DNA of 64,000 bases from Candidatus Latescibacterota bacterium (GCA_965116885.1 OZ220741.1:2592001-2656000); one strand, 5' to 3'; positions 47,630-58,176 are shown, numbered from the stretch's first letter. Numbers and translations: made by a program. The notes: generated by a model not told the origin, from the letters alone.

Positions 47630-48991
47630 TTATCGCGCGGCCTCTATGGCCTCGGCTTTCATCTTTTCTCTTTCCACATCGTCCTGCCATCGCGCTTGAA
47701 TATCTTCGCGCAAACGCCAGAGTGGATCAAAATAAAAGAAAAATGTATCGGGTTTTACTACGGGACTGATATAGACGGCGATACCGGTTTCCCTGTTGTA
47801 GTATTCATAGGAGTGCGCGTCTCGTTTTCCGCCACCGCCCAATGTATCTACAATAAATGTGGGCATGTTGAACCCGGATGTGGTGCCGCGTATGGCTTTT
47901 TCAATGGCGAGGCCATCGTCGAGTGTTGTTCGCAGGTCTTCGACGCCGCGCACGAGGTCGTGGAAATACACATAATAGGGTTGTACGTTTAAGTAGCTTA
48001 ACCGCTTGACCAGGAGTCCCATCGTCTCGGTGCTGTTATTCACGCCGCTTTGAAGTACTGCCTGGTTGCGTATTGTTATTCCGCGCGACTGTAGCCGATT
48101 AAGCCCATCCTGGGTAATGCCGGTGATTTCGGAGGGGTGATTAAAATGGGTGTGCAAGACGACTTCTTTGTGCATTTTGCGCCCGCGATCTACCACGCGC
48201 GTCAGCGCATCTACCCAGGCATCATCTGTGACGAGTTTTTGCGGCATGACCGCCGGGCCTTTGGTCGCAAAGCGAAATCGCCGAATGTGGTCAATATCCA
48301 GCAGGCGATTGCCCAATTCTTCGAGTTGATCGGCTTTGAGTTGATACATGTCGCCACCGCTGACCACTACGTCTTCGATTTCGGGACGCGATTGAATATA
48401 CCCAATCGCATGGTCCCATCGTTCGCGATTGACTCGCAGATTAACTTTTTCTACATCTTCTGTATTCAGTCCTACGGCATAGCTGCGGGTGCAAAATCGG
48501 CAATATACAGGACAGGTGTCCAATACGAGGAATAACACGCGGTCTGGATAGCGATGTGTTAATCCTTCAACGGGGGCATCTCCCAATTCATTGAGCGAAT
48601 CGAGGTGCAGTTCGGGATGATCGCGCTCTTGCTCGCATCTGAGAGACAAAAATTGTTTGCGAATCGGATCGCGATATGGGTCATCCCAGTTGATCAAGCT
48701 CGTGATATACGGCGAAATCCGCACACTCATGGGCGCGTGTTGCAGGCCCGCGGCGACCTCTTGATAAAAGTCATTGGGTACCCGGTCCTCGAGTACCCGC
48801 ATCAATTTGCCCACGCTGGTTATTGAATGGCGCATCTGAAAGATGTGCGAGTGAAAGGTGCGCGCGTCTATGTTTGCAAAAGCGGGAATATGTCGCCAGA
48901 ATTCGTCCCGACGCAATTCGCGGTGCGCGAGAGCCTCGGGATCGACGGGCGGTTTTGTGCGGGGGGCATAAACTTCTTCAATAACGTCCAT
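47630..48991 (-). CDS. KamA family radical SAM PLP-dependent aminomutase
   Basis: THRYPDRV, CPVYCRFCTR, SGGD, THFNHP, GGGGK. Confidence 0.9.
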   Translation of the reverse strand: MDVIEEVYAPRTKPPVDPEALAHRELRRDEFWRHIPAFANIDARTFHSHIFQMRHSITSVGKLMRVLEDRVPNDFYQEVAAGLQHAPMSVRISPYITSLINWDDPYRDPIRKQFLSLRCEQERDHPELHLDSLNELGDAPVEGLTHRYPDRVLFLVLDTCPVYCRFCTRSYAVGLNTEDVEKVNLRVNRERWDHAIGYIQSRPEIEDVVVSGGDMYQLKADQLEELGNRLLDIDHIRRFRFATKGPAVMPQKLVTDDAWVDALTRVVDRGRKMHKEVVLHTHFNHPSEITGITQDGLNRLQSRGITIRNQAVLQSGVNNSTETMGLLVKRLSYLNVQPYYVYFHDLVRGVEDLRTTLDDGLAIEKAIRGTTSGFNMPTFIVDTLGGGGKRDAHSYEYYNRETGIAVYISPVVKPDTFFFYFDPLWRLREDIQARWQDDVEREKMKAEAIEAAR

Positions 48992-49047
48992 CTTTCTGCC
49001 TTTTTAGTGAGATGCAAAGTGTGGTTACGCCTGTGTGCAAGCTACCT

Positions 49048-49076
49048 ATAATACACCCACAGTATATATCTGTCAA
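49048..49076 (-). promoter_or_regulatory. Putative sigma70 promoter of KamA-family gene
   Basis: TTGACA-17bp-TATTAT on minus strand. Confidence 0.6.
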
Positions 49077-49164
49077 GTCTGGGCGTGGACAAAAACCTTG
49101 TCCGACCCGTTTGTTTATTTTACTTTAGGAAATCTGTTGCTATCATTTTGAATGGAATTTTTTT

Positions 49165-51927
49165 ATGCCAAAGCGCGCGTTTATTATCCTAATTTTGGGT
49201 TTTGCTATTTTTGCAGCTTTTGTTGGGCTGAGGTTGCTCTCGGTGCTTTATACAGATTTTCTCTGGTTTTCAGAACTCGGCTTTCAAAACGCTTTTGTCA
49301 CTATTATACGCACCAAAACCCTTGCCCTTTTCGCATTTGGAAGTGTTTTTGCACTGATCTGCGGTATTAGTATTGTCGCTGCCCGGCGCTATGGACAGCC
49401 CACGCGTATTATGGCGCTTGAGGTTATTATCGATGGCGATGTTCCCATACCGCCTGATCACTCCCTCCGACAGCGCTACGCCTGGATCGGGATTGTCGCG
49501 CTGTTGTCCTTTTTTATGGGTGTTGCGGGCACTTCAGCCTGGTCCGTTGTTCTCAAATACGCCAATCCCACTCCTTTTGATCTGACCGATCCCATATTTG
49601 GGTACGACATAGCATTTTATGTTTTTAGCTTGCCGCTGTACAATTTTTTGCAGGGTTGGCTCATTTCTGCAGTTATTGTGACGGGGATTGCTACGGTTGT
49701 TTCCTATCACCAGGATAGGGCGATTCGGTTCGATGACAAGCGCTGGATTACGATTTCGCATGTGCGGGCACACGTCTCGATTCTCGGCGCTGTTCTCGCT
49801 CTTTTACTCGCGTGGGGGTATTGGCTAAAAAAATACGAATTGCTCTTTTCTTTTCGCAAAGAAGCTTTTTTTGGCGCGGGTTATACAGACCTCACTATTC
49901 AGATTTGGGCTTATTATCTGATGCTTTTGGGGCTTGTTGTTCTGGCGGGTTTGCTCTTTTACAACGTGCGCGTTCGCACATGGACGATTCCCGGATTTGG
50001 CGCGGCGGGCTATCTCGCTGCGCTCATTGTCGTGAGTTGGTGCATCCCCGTGGTCTTTGAATTGGTGGTTGTGCGGGCCAATGAATTTGATAGAGAAAAG
50101 CCGTATATACAACATGCTATTAATTATACGCGCAAAGCATATAGTCTGGACAAGATCGAGGAGGTGCCTTTTCCCGGCGAATCTGATCTCACTGCGGATG
50201 ATATCGCAGATAATCAGGCTACCATACAAAGTATTCCGCTGTGGGATCGCCGCCCGCTTATGGATACGTATTCGCAGATTCAGGAAATTCGGTCCTACTA
50301 CAAATTTCGAAGTGTCGATGTGGATCGGTATCGCATTGACGGAACGTATCGGCAGGTTATGCTGGCCGCACGCGAACTCGCGAGAAATCCGCGCGATTTA
50401 CCAGGGGATACATGGGTCAATCGACGTCTTGTGTACACGCATGGATACGGTCTGGTCATGAGTCCGGCGAATGAGATTGCAGCCGAAGGACTGCCGGGAT
50501 TTTTGCTCAAAGATATTCCACCGGTTACATCAAATGGCCTGGAGGTTGTCCGCCCCGAACTCTACTATGGGGAAGACATGCGCGATTATGTTATTGTTCG
50601 GACCAATACACCCGAATTTGATTATCCCAAGGGAGATGAGAATATATACACTACTTACAAGGGACGCGGTGGTGTGCCATTGGGCGGATTTTTGACGCGC
50701 CTTGTATTTGCCATTCGCTTTGTCGATCCATTTATTCTTTTTACCGATGCGATAACGCCTCAAAGTCGCATTGTGTTTGATCGGCACATCGGCACTCGCT
50801 TTGGCGAAGATGCCCCGCGGCGGTTTGACAAAATTGCTCCGTTTCTCCGTTTTGACGACGATCCCTATCTCGCTCTGGTTGAAGGTCGCCTGGTCTGGAT
50901 ACAGGATGCCTATACCGTGTCCAATATGTTTCCCTATTCGATGCCTTATGGACGGCCTTATGTGCGAGAGATGAACTATATCCGAAATTCTGTCAAAGTG
51001 GTGCTCGACGCGTACAACGGCAGTGTCACTTTTTATGCCTGGGATACGAGTGACCCCCTTCTCAAGACCTATATGGCGATTTTCCCGCATCTGTTCAAGT
51101 CAGCCGATGAAATCAGTCCCGACCTTCGATCACACTTGCGGTATCCGATAGATCTCTTTGATATTCAGGCGTCGCTTTACAATACGTATCACATGACCAC
51201 TCCGATTGTGTTCTACAACCGCGAAGATGTGTGGGAGATTCCCACCGAATACTACGGGACAGTTGATCGCCCCATTCGTATGCGTCCGTATTATGTGATG
51301 GCGCGTTTGCCGGATGAAGACCGCGAAGAATATATTCTTATGCTGCCGGCTACGCCTTCTAACAAACCCAATATGATCGGCTGGATATTTGCGCGCTGTG
51401 ACGGAGAAAATTACGGACGACTCGTGGTCTATAAATTGCCCAAGGAAAAGCTCATTTACGGGCCGATGCTTATCGAACAACGCATCAATCAAGATACTGA
51501 TATTTCTCGAGAAATTACGCTATGGGACCAGCGAGGATCAGATGTCATACGCGGCAATTTGCTGGTTATTCCCATCCGCAATTCGTTCATTTATGTCGAG
51601 CCGCTTTATTTGCGCGCGTCCCAACACGGTATGCCAGAACTCAAGCGCGTGCTCGCTATTCACGGCGACCGCCTCGCTATGGGCGAAGATCTCAACGATG
51701 CCCTTAACAGGGTTTTTGCCAAAAAAACGGGCACGCGAGTTCGGGATACTGAAATTTTGCCAGAAGACCTCAAAGCACTTGCTCGCCAGGCATATCGGCA
51801 ATTTGAAACGGCGCAACAGCATTTGCAGGCGGGCGCGTTTTCCGATTATGGACAAAGCGTTGAGGCACTGCGCCAAACTCTTCGGCGTATGTATGAAAGT
51901 GAAGAACAAAATAGACGAGATGAATAA
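49165..51927 (+). CDS. UPF0182 family membrane protein
   Basis: DPIFGYDIAFYVF, DVDRY, YTHGYG, NYIRNSVK, EPLYL. Confidence 0.93.
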   Translation: MPKRAFIILILGFAIFAAFVGLRLLSVLYTDFLWFSELGFQNAFVTIIRTKTLALFAFGSVFALICGISIVAARRYGQPTRIMALEVIIDGDVPIPPDHSLRQRYAWIGIVALLSFFMGVAGTSAWSVVLKYANPTPFDLTDPIFGYDIAFYVFSLPLYNFLQGWLISAVIVTGIATVVSYHQDRAIRFDDKRWITISHVRAHVSILGAVLALLLAWGYWLKKYELLFSFRKEAFFGAGYTDLTIQIWAYYLMLLGLVVLAGLLFYNVRVRTWTIPGFGAAGYLAALIVVSWCIPVVFELVVVRANEFDREKPYIQHAINYTRKAYSLDKIEEVPFPGESDLTADDIADNQATIQSIPLWDRRPLMDTYSQIQEIRSYYKFRSVDVDRYRIDGTYRQVMLAARELARNPRDLPGDTWVNRRLVYTHGYGLVMSPANEIAAEGLPGFLLKDIPPVTSNGLEVVRPELYYGEDMRDYVIVRTNTPEFDYPKGDENIYTTYKGRGGVPLGGFLTRLVFAIRFVDPFILFTDAITPQSRIVFDRHIGTRFGEDAPRRFDKIAPFLRFDDDPYLALVEGRLVWIQDAYTVSNMFPYSMPYGRPYVREMNYIRNSVKVVLDAYNGSVTFYAWDTSDPLLKTYMAIFPHLFKSADEISPDLRSHLRYPIDLFDIQASLYNTYHMTTPIVFYNREDVWEIPTEYYGTVDRPIRMRPYYVMARLPDEDREEYILMLPATPSNKPNMIGWIFARCDGENYGRLVVYKLPKEKLIYGPMLIEQRINQDTDISREITLWDQRGSDVIRGNLLVIPIRNSFIYVEPLYLRASQHGMPELKRVLAIHGDRLAMGEDLNDALNRVFAKKTGTRVRDTEILPEDLKALARQAYRQFETAQQHLQAGAFSDYGQSVEALRQTLRRMYESEEQNRRDE

Positions 51928-52822
51928 ACAGGTCTCAAAGTGGGCCGATTTGCTCACTGAACAGCGCAATCCCAATAGCATCCACATTGACCGGTGTTCG
52001 ACGGCGGATGCATTGTGCCTTATCAACGCCGAAGATCAAAAAGTAGCGCGTGCTGTTGAAGATGTGATAGATGATGTTGCCAGTGCTGTCGATCTCGTGG
52101 TATCGGCATTTCAAAAGGGCGGTCGCCTCTTTTATGTCGGCGCGGGAACCAGCGGTCGCCTCGGTGTTCTCGATGCGTCTGAATGCCCGCCGACCTATGG
52201 CGTGTCACCCGATCTCGTGCAGGGTATTATCGCCGGCGGTATTCCCGCTTTGACGCATTCGCAAGAAGGCGCGGAAGACTATCCTGAAGATGGCGAAGTA
52301 GCACTCAAAGATCGCGGCTGTTCCTCTGGTGATGTCGTTATGGGTATTGCGGCGAGTGGGGTTACACCTTTTGTGCTCGGTGCGCTTGAATACGCACAAC
52401 GCATTGGCGCGAAGGCTTTGTTTTTTACATGTAATCCGGATGTGGTAGAAAAAGTACGCGCAGATGTTGCGATCGTCCCTGTTGTGGGGCCAGAAGTCAT
52501 TGCCGGTTCGACGCGCATGAAAGCGGGTACGGCTACCAAGCTCGTGCTCAATATGATTACTACAACGGCTATGATCCGTCTGGGTAAGATCTATGAAAAT
52601 CTGATGGTTGACCTCGCGCCGACTTGCGACAAACTCATAGACCGTGCCGAACGCATTTTGGGAATCGTATCTGATCTGACGCCTGAAGAAAGTCGTCGGG
52701 CACTCGACGATGCAGAGGGCGATCTCAAAACGGCTATTATCATGACAAAACGGGCTGTCTCTATAGAAACAGCCCGCGATTTACTGCGGCAAAATGATGG
52801 CGTTATCAATGAGGTTCTGTGA
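51920..52822 (+). CDS. murQ: N-acetylmuramic acid 6-phosphate etherase
   Basis: TEQRNPNS, GAGTSGRLGVLDASECPPTY, EGAED, GSTRMKAGTATK. Confidence 0.96.
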   Translation: MNKQVSKWADLLTEQRNPNSIHIDRCSTADALCLINAEDQKVARAVEDVIDDVASAVDLVVSAFQKGGRLFYVGAGTSGRLGVLDASECPPTYGVSPDLVQGIIAGGIPALTHSQEGAEDYPEDGEVALKDRGCSSGDVVMGIAASGVTPFVLGALEYAQRIGAKALFFTCNPDVVEKVRADVAIVPVVGPEVIAGSTRMKAGTATKLVLNMITTTAMIRLGKIYENLMVDLAPTCDKLIDRAERILGIVSDLTPEESRRALDDAEGDLKTAIIMTKRAVSIETARDLLRQNDGVINEVL

Positions 52823-52870
52823 CGAATCTACGAATCGAAGCTTATAACGACTTCGGGTGGCAGAGCGGGG

Positions 52871-52900
52871 TTCGTCTATTCGTCTATTCGTCTATTCGTT
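52871..52900. repeat. Octamer tandem repeat (TTCGTCTA)x3.5
   Basis: Same unit also at 15864-15886; overlaps ClpX-like stop codon. Confidence 0.8.
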
Positions 52901-54422
52901 TACTTTGTTCCCCTTGATAGAATGTTTTTACCAGACTGTCGAGAAAGTTTTTGGGCTGGCGCACGGCTTCTGCGGTAATGACAAAAGATTGGTGCCCCAA
53001 CAGCTTTAGCCCATGCCCGTAATCATCGAATAAATCCGGACACACTTCGTCAACTGTTCGATTTTCTTTTGCGGCCTTTTCGGCAAGTGCGCCCAGTGCG
53101 TCATCGTCAAAGATGAGTGCGATGCCATAAGCGTCCTGGAATCGCTTGACAAACGCGTTTGTGCCCCGCAGGATCAGTAACTGCTGAAGTGCGTGATCGG
53201 GATTTTCAATCACATTTTTTGTGACGTGAAAAGAATCGATGTTTGTCGATGGTAATGATTTTTCAAATTTTAGCAATGTGCGTTCACATACGCTGACCAG
53301 ACTTCGCGCGCCGGTTTGTTCTTGGGCTGCCTGTTCGGCCAATAACTTGAGCGCGTCGTCGTCAAAGGTCAGATCAATGCCATAGGCTTTGAAGTCGCGT
53401 TTCTTGCTCAGGATCACCGAACTGGTCTGGCTCTGCAAAATCGCGTAGAGATCGTCAACGCTCAAGGGCGTTAAAACTGCTGTTACGGGCAACCGCCCCA
53501 CAAACTCAGACTCAAAACCATATTCGATCAGGTCTTCTGTTTTGGCGTATTGCAAAAGTTCTGTGTGGTCCTGTTCGTGAGACATGTCGCGCCCAGATTG
53601 AAACCCGACTTTGCCCAGATTGAGACGTTTTCGCACGATGTCATTGAGTCCGCTGAATGCACCGCTTACGATAAATAGGATATTGCGCGTATTAATTTTT
53701 TGACGCTCTACTTTGCCACTGCGCTGAAATTGCATCATGGATTCCATCTGCGATGTGAGGTCGTGCGGTGCTTTGAGATCGACGTCGGTTTCTTCCATGA
53801 GCTTGAGCAGGTTGCGCTGAACGCCCGTGCGCGATACATCTGGTCCAACCAGATTAGAGGCTGATGCGATTTTGTCTATTTCGTCGATGTACACGATGCC
53901 GTATTGCGCCATTTCAATGCTGCCATCGGCTTCGCGTACGAGTTCTCGAATCAGGTCTTCGACATCGCCACCCACATATCCCGTTTCGCTGAATTTTGTC
54001 GCATCACCCTTGACAAATGGAACGCCAATGCGTTGTGCAATCAACTTGATCAAATACGTTTTTCCCACGCCCGTAGGACCAATCAGCAGTATATTGTTTT
54101 TGATTTGTCCTACATTTTTGCGCGAAAATTCCGGGTCTTCGCGGTCGAGTTTCATGCGATTGTAGTGCGTACATATCTTGGTGGCTAATACTTCTTTTGC
54201 TTCGGACTGCTGCACCACATACTCGTTTAGATAAGTCTCCAACTCTTCGGGCTTGAGGTCAAAATCTATGGTTTGTTCTGCGGGTTCTTCCACGCGGGGA
54301 CCTTCCTGCATCCCGTCGGTCTCTCCTTCGGGAAATACCACCTGGTTTCCGTATTTTTCTTCGAGGAAGTTTTTGAGATCTTTTTGCAATTCTGCAGGAG
54401 AAAAAGGTCGTTTTTCAGACAT
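52884..54422 (-). CDS. ClpX-like AAA+ ATPase lacking N-terminal zinc domain
   Basis: GPTGVGKT, GYVG pore loop, DEIDK, VGF loop, GRLP, GARSL; start reassigned to MSEKRP. Confidence 0.85.
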   Translation of the reverse strand: MSEKRPFSPAELQKDLKNFLEEKYGNQVVFPEGETDGMQEGPRVEEPAEQTIDFDLKPEELETYLNEYVVQQSEAKEVLATKICTHYNRMKLDREDPEFSRKNVGQIKNNILLIGPTGVGKTYLIKLIAQRIGVPFVKGDATKFSETGYVGGDVEDLIRELVREADGSIEMAQYGIVYIDEIDKIASASNLVGPDVSRTGVQRNLLKLMEETDVDLKAPHDLTSQMESMMQFQRSGKVERQKINTRNILFIVSGAFSGLNDIVRKRLNLGKVGFQSGRDMSHEQDHTELLQYAKTEDLIEYGFESEFVGRLPVTAVLTPLSVDDLYAILQSQTSSVILSKKRDFKAYGIDLTFDDDALKLLAEQAAQEQTGARSLVSVCERTLLKFEKSLPSTNIDSFHVTKNVIENPDHALQQLLILRGTNAFVKRFQDAYGIALIFDDDALGALAEKAAKENRTVDEVCPDLFDDYGHGLKLLGHQSFVITAEAVRQPKNFLDSLVKTFYQGEQSKRIDE

Positions 54423-54495
54423 AAAAAAAGCTCCAGGGTCAAGGGGCTGGGGATAAGTTCTCAGTCCATCCAGAGTAATAACTGAAAGCACCTAA

Positions 54496-54524
54496 ACAAT
54501 ACCAATACTGCTTCTAACTGTCAA
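54496..54524 (-). promoter_or_regulatory. Putative sigma70 promoter of ClpX-like gene
   Basis: TTGACA-17bp-TATTGT on minus strand. Confidence 0.55.
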
Positions 54525-54553
54525 GTTATCTGACGGCAGGATGAGACACAGTT

Positions 54554-56278
54554 ATGAATCTCACTCCACTAACACTGCGCCGATTATGCGATGAATTGCA
54601 GCCTCAGATCGACCATCGTCTGATCCGCGATGTGTACCTCGTAGGTCGGCACGATATGTTTTTGTATCTGGGCGATGCGGGATACCTCTTGCTTTCCTCA
54701 CACCCGAGTCGAAGTTGCCTGATGCTGACGCAACCACCTATCGACGCCCAGCATGTGCGCATCCCCTGGGCGGATCGCTATTTGCGCGGTGCGGGTATTA
54801 TTGGCATTGAGCATGTTCCCCAAGAACGCATTGTGCATCTCGTGGTTCGCAAGCGCGATCGCATTGGCATAGCTACCGATTCCCGCATTATATGCGAGTT
54901 GATCAACAGGTATGCCAATGTTGTTCTCGCAGATATGAAAACGGGACGAATCCTGGGGGCACTCAGGTCCATTCGCGCCCGTCAGAACCGCGTGCGGGAA
55001 ATATCCCCGGGAAAGATCTATCAGCCGCCGCCAGCACTTGACCGCATGCCACCGGAAAGCGCGAAGCTTTCCTTTTTGATCGATATTCCCCAGGATATGC
55101 GCGCAAATGCGCTTGTCCAACATATTGCGGGTCTTGATCTGATATCTGCACGCGAATTGCTTCATATTGCTGGTTTTGTGGAGAAACGCCGGCTTTCCGC
55201 CAGCGATCTCGCAAATTTTGCAGAGATTATTCGCGCCTTTTTTGCGAATCCGCCATTTTATGACGGGGGCCTGCGCGTGCGCGAAGGGGATAATCACAAC
55301 GCGATTTGTGCTCTTGATGTTCGGCATACGCAGATAGAACAAGCGTATAGTACGCTCAGCGAAGCCATATCGGATGTTGCGGCGTGTGAAGTTCAGGCTG
55401 AAGCACTTAAAGGGCGACAGAAAAATATCGAGAAGGATGTGAAAAAACGCCTGACCGTCTGCGAGCGGAAAATTGCGCGTATCCGCGCAGATATCGACGA
55501 TGCGCGCAATGCAGATTTGTATGAAAAGATGGGGAATGTGCTGATGTGCCACATCGCGCAGATTCCTCCGAATCTCGATACTATCACGTTGCCCGATGTG
55601 TTTAGTCCCTCCAGTGGGGATATGGTTATTCCCCTCAATCCGCGACGCACGGCTTCGGAAAATGCCAGCGCGTATCTCAAGCGGGCGCGGAAAGCGAGAA
55701 AAGGCGCGCCTATTCTCGCCAAACGCCTCGTGGCCGCGCAGAGGGAAAAGGATGAAATCCAGCAGTACATAGATCGCCTCAATACTGTCCGTTCAGAAGT
55801 TGAGTTCGATGAGATACGACAGGAACTGGAAGACGCGCGCTTGATCAAAGCTCCAAAAAAGAGACCGCAAGTCAGGTCTAAACGCCAGAGCGGCGATATC
55901 CATCCCAGGCGGTATCGCACACGGGATGGTTGGCGCGTGCTGGTGGGGCGGAATAATACGGAGAACGACAAGCTTACCAAAAGTTCAGGCCGCGACGATC
56001 TCTTTTTGCATGTTCACGGATGTCCGGGATCCCATGTGATTCTCAAACGCGATGGCAGAGCGGATCGCCCTTCTCGAAAAACACTTGAAGAAGCTGCCAG
56101 TCTGGCGGCTTACTGGAGCAAAGCGCGGGGTGCCCAAAGCGTGCCGGTCAATTATACGGAGGTGCGCTATGTGCAAAAGCCGCGCGGGGCACCGCCGGGC
56201 CTGGTGACTATTCGCAACGAAAAAACCGTGATGGTCTCGCCTCGTGAACTCAAGCGCGAGGATGGGGAATATTCGTAA
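54554..56278 (+). CDS. rqcH: RqcH/NFACT (FbpA) ribosome quality control protein
   Basis: ERIV, ELINRYANV, ENASAY coiled coil, GRNNTENDKLT, HVHGCPGSHV, KPRGAPPGLV. Confidence 0.88.
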   Translation: MNLTPLTLRRLCDELQPQIDHRLIRDVYLVGRHDMFLYLGDAGYLLLSSHPSRSCLMLTQPPIDAQHVRIPWADRYLRGAGIIGIEHVPQERIVHLVVRKRDRIGIATDSRIICELINRYANVVLADMKTGRILGALRSIRARQNRVREISPGKIYQPPPALDRMPPESAKLSFLIDIPQDMRANALVQHIAGLDLISARELLHIAGFVEKRRLSASDLANFAEIIRAFFANPPFYDGGLRVREGDNHNAICALDVRHTQIEQAYSTLSEAISDVAACEVQAEALKGRQKNIEKDVKKRLTVCERKIARIRADIDDARNADLYEKMGNVLMCHIAQIPPNLDTITLPDVFSPSSGDMVIPLNPRRTASENASAYLKRARKARKGAPILAKRLVAAQREKDEIQQYIDRLNTVRSEVEFDEIRQELEDARLIKAPKKRPQVRSKRQSGDIHPRRYRTRDGWRVLVGRNNTENDKLTKSSGRDDLFLHVHGCPGSHVILKRDGRADRPSRKTLEEAASLAAYWSKARGAQSVPVNYTEVRYVQKPRGAPPGLVTIRNEKTVMVSPRELKREDGEYS

Positions 56279-56306
56279 AATTTTTTAATTTTTCAAGGGA
56301 GATATT

Positions 56307-57038
56307 GTGTCGAGAAAGAGGGTGTTGATTACAGGCGCAGCAGGGCGAATTGGCGTGGTGCTCACAGATGGTTTGCACGAGCGGTATCAACTGCGAGTGC
56401 TTTACAATCGCACGATTTTAGATCAGAAATACGACGAGGAAGTGATGGTGGGAAATATCGCGGATCTGGAGAAGATGGAAGAGGCTGTGGATGGAATAGA
56501 TGCGGTGGTTCACATGGCGGGCAATCCGTCGGGCGGGGCGACGTTTGAAGAAACAGTTGAGGCGAATATTATTGGTACCTACAATATTTACGAGGCGTGC
56601 AAGCGCAGAGGGGTGAAGCGGGTGATTTTTGCCAGTACAAATCACGTTACGGGCATGTATGAAAAGAAGGGTCCGATTTATACGACCTGGGAAATGCCCG
56701 TGCGTCCCGATAGTTATTACGGCGCGAGCAAAGCGTATGGCGAAGCGTTGGGACGGTATTATGTCGATGAATATGGTCTGTCTGTGATTTGCCATCGCAT
56801 TGGGTCTTTTCAGCCTGTTTCTTCTGTTCAGAATCGAGGCAGTGACCGAATTTTGTCGTCCTGGCTGAGTTATAAAGATACAGTGCAGTTGACCTGGCGA
56901 AGCATTGAGGCGCCGGAGAAAATTGATTTTGCGATTTATTACGGTATTTCGGGCAATACGCGAGCGTATTGGGATATTCAGAATGCGCGCGAAGAGATCG
57001 GGTATGATCCCGTGGATAATGCCGAGGATTATGTGTAG
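56307..57038 (+). CDS. NAD-dependent epimerase/dehydratase (uronate dehydrogenase-like)
   Basis: TGAAGRIG, FASTNH, PDSYYGASK, RIGS. Confidence 0.87.
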   Translation: MSRKRVLITGAAGRIGVVLTDGLHERYQLRVLYNRTILDQKYDEEVMVGNIADLEKMEEAVDGIDAVVHMAGNPSGGATFEETVEANIIGTYNIYEACKRRGVKRVIFASTNHVTGMYEKKGPIYTTWEMPVRPDSYYGASKAYGEALGRYYVDEYGLSVICHRIGSFQPVSSVQNRGSDRILSSWLSYKDTVQLTWRSIEAPEKIDFAIYYGISGNTRAYWDIQNAREEIGYDPVDNAEDYV

Positions 57039-57049
57039 CGAGAAATGCT

Positions 57050-57085
57050 AAAACCCGCCGATTGCTCAAAGTCGGCGGGTTTTTT
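57050..57085. terminator. Bidirectional terminator
   Basis: AAAACCCGCCGA...TCGGCGGGTTTT. Confidence 0.8.
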
Positions 57086-57104
57086 GTGCCTGAATGTGAC
57101 GGTT

Positions 57105-57986
57105 TTATGCGAGGCCGTGCATGCGTTTGGCCGATGTTATGGTGTTGTACAGGAGCATGGTGATGGTCATGGGACCAACGCCGCCCGGGACGGGTGTGAT
57201 GGCGCGCGCTTTTTTGCTGATGGCTGCGTAATCGACGTCGCCAACGAGGCGATAACCCGTTTTTCTGGATTTGTCGGGTACCCGGTTGACGCCTATGTCG
57301 ATTACGACTGTGCCGTTTTGTACCATATCGGCAGTAATGGTGTTGGGGTGCCCTGTCACAACAATGAGGATATTCGCCTGACGGGTGAAGTGGCCGAGGT
57401 CGCGCGTACCGGTATGGCATAAGGTGACGGTGGCATTTGTGGCTTTTTGCGAAAGGATGTTGGCGAGTGGGCGGCCCACCAGGGTGCTGCGCCCCACGAT
57501 GACGACGTGTTTGCCCGCGACTTCAAAGTTGCCGCGTTTGAGGATTTGTTGCACGCCGTGAGGCGTGCAGGGCAAAAAGCCTTCTTCACCGCGCATGAGG
57601 CGGCCGAGGTTGACCGGGTGGAGACCATCTACATCTTTGTCGGGGGATATGCTGTTGAGGGTAGTTTGTTCGTCAAAGCCTTCGGGCAGGGGAAGTTGAA
57701 CGAGGATGCCGTGAATGGTGGGGTCATCGTTGAGTTGTTTAATGGTGTCGAGAAGGTGGGATTCGGGCTGGTCGGCTGTCAGGGTGTGTTCAATAGAGTA
57801 CAGGCCGATGTCTGCACAGGCTTTGCGTTTGCCTTTGATGTAGGATATGGATGCCGGGTCGTCACCGACGAGTACGACCGCGAGGCCAGGGGTGAGGTTG
57901 TGATTTGTTTTGAGGTGCCTGACTTCTTCGGCCATTTCAGCGCGCATGGTTTGGGACAGGTCTGTGCCGTTTATGATTTTTGCCAT
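57105..57986 (-). CDS. folD: Methylenetetrahydrofolate dehydrogenase/cyclohydrolase
   Basis: YIKGK, LVQLPLP, KDVDG, PCTP, TPVPGGVGPMT. Confidence 0.97.
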   Translation of the reverse strand: MAKIINGTDLSQTMRAEMAEEVRHLKTNHNLTPGLAVVLVGDDPASISYIKGKRKACADIGLYSIEHTLTADQPESHLLDTIKQLNDDPTIHGILVQLPLPEGFDEQTTLNSISPDKDVDGLHPVNLGRLMRGEEGFLPCTPHGVQQILKRGNFEVAGKHVVIVGRSTLVGRPLANILSQKATNATVTLCHTGTRDLGHFTRQANILIVVTGHPNTITADMVQNGTVVIDIGVNRVPDKSRKTGYRLVGDVDYAAISKKARAITPVPGGVGPMTITMLLYNTITSAKRMHGLA

Positions 57987-58047
57987 GGTCGCTTTCTCCC
58001 ATGTGAATGCCCAAAATAAAAAGACGCCCGGGCGATGTGATTGTTTT

Positions 58048-58126
58048 TAGCCCAGGCGGTCGGCGTGTGTTTATAGTCCAGTGCTTCCTCGTGGTTATTT
58101 CCACGTTTCCGCCAGTTACACTGGAG
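58048..58126 (-). ncRNA. ZMP/ZTP (pfl) riboswitch
   Basis: Minus strand CCAGTGTAACTGGCGGAAACGTGGAAATAACCACGAGGAAGCACTGG-linker-CGCCGACCGCCTGGGC matches pfl motif; followed by overlapping terminator GCCCGGGCG-TCTTTTT upstream of folD. Confidence 0.88.
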
Positions 58127-58176
58127 ATTTCTGTAAATTTAAGGGATTTGGGCAGATAATTCAAATTTTTTTTGGG

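Noticed and set aside
47630..48991. EpmB or a specific lysine-fermentation kamA assignment
   Set aside because: No efp, epmA or lysine-fermentation neighbours; the substrate cannot be determined from sequence.
51389..51919. N-terminal fusion to MurQ
   Set aside because: Out-of-frame overlap with UPF0182; MurQ homology starts at 51920.
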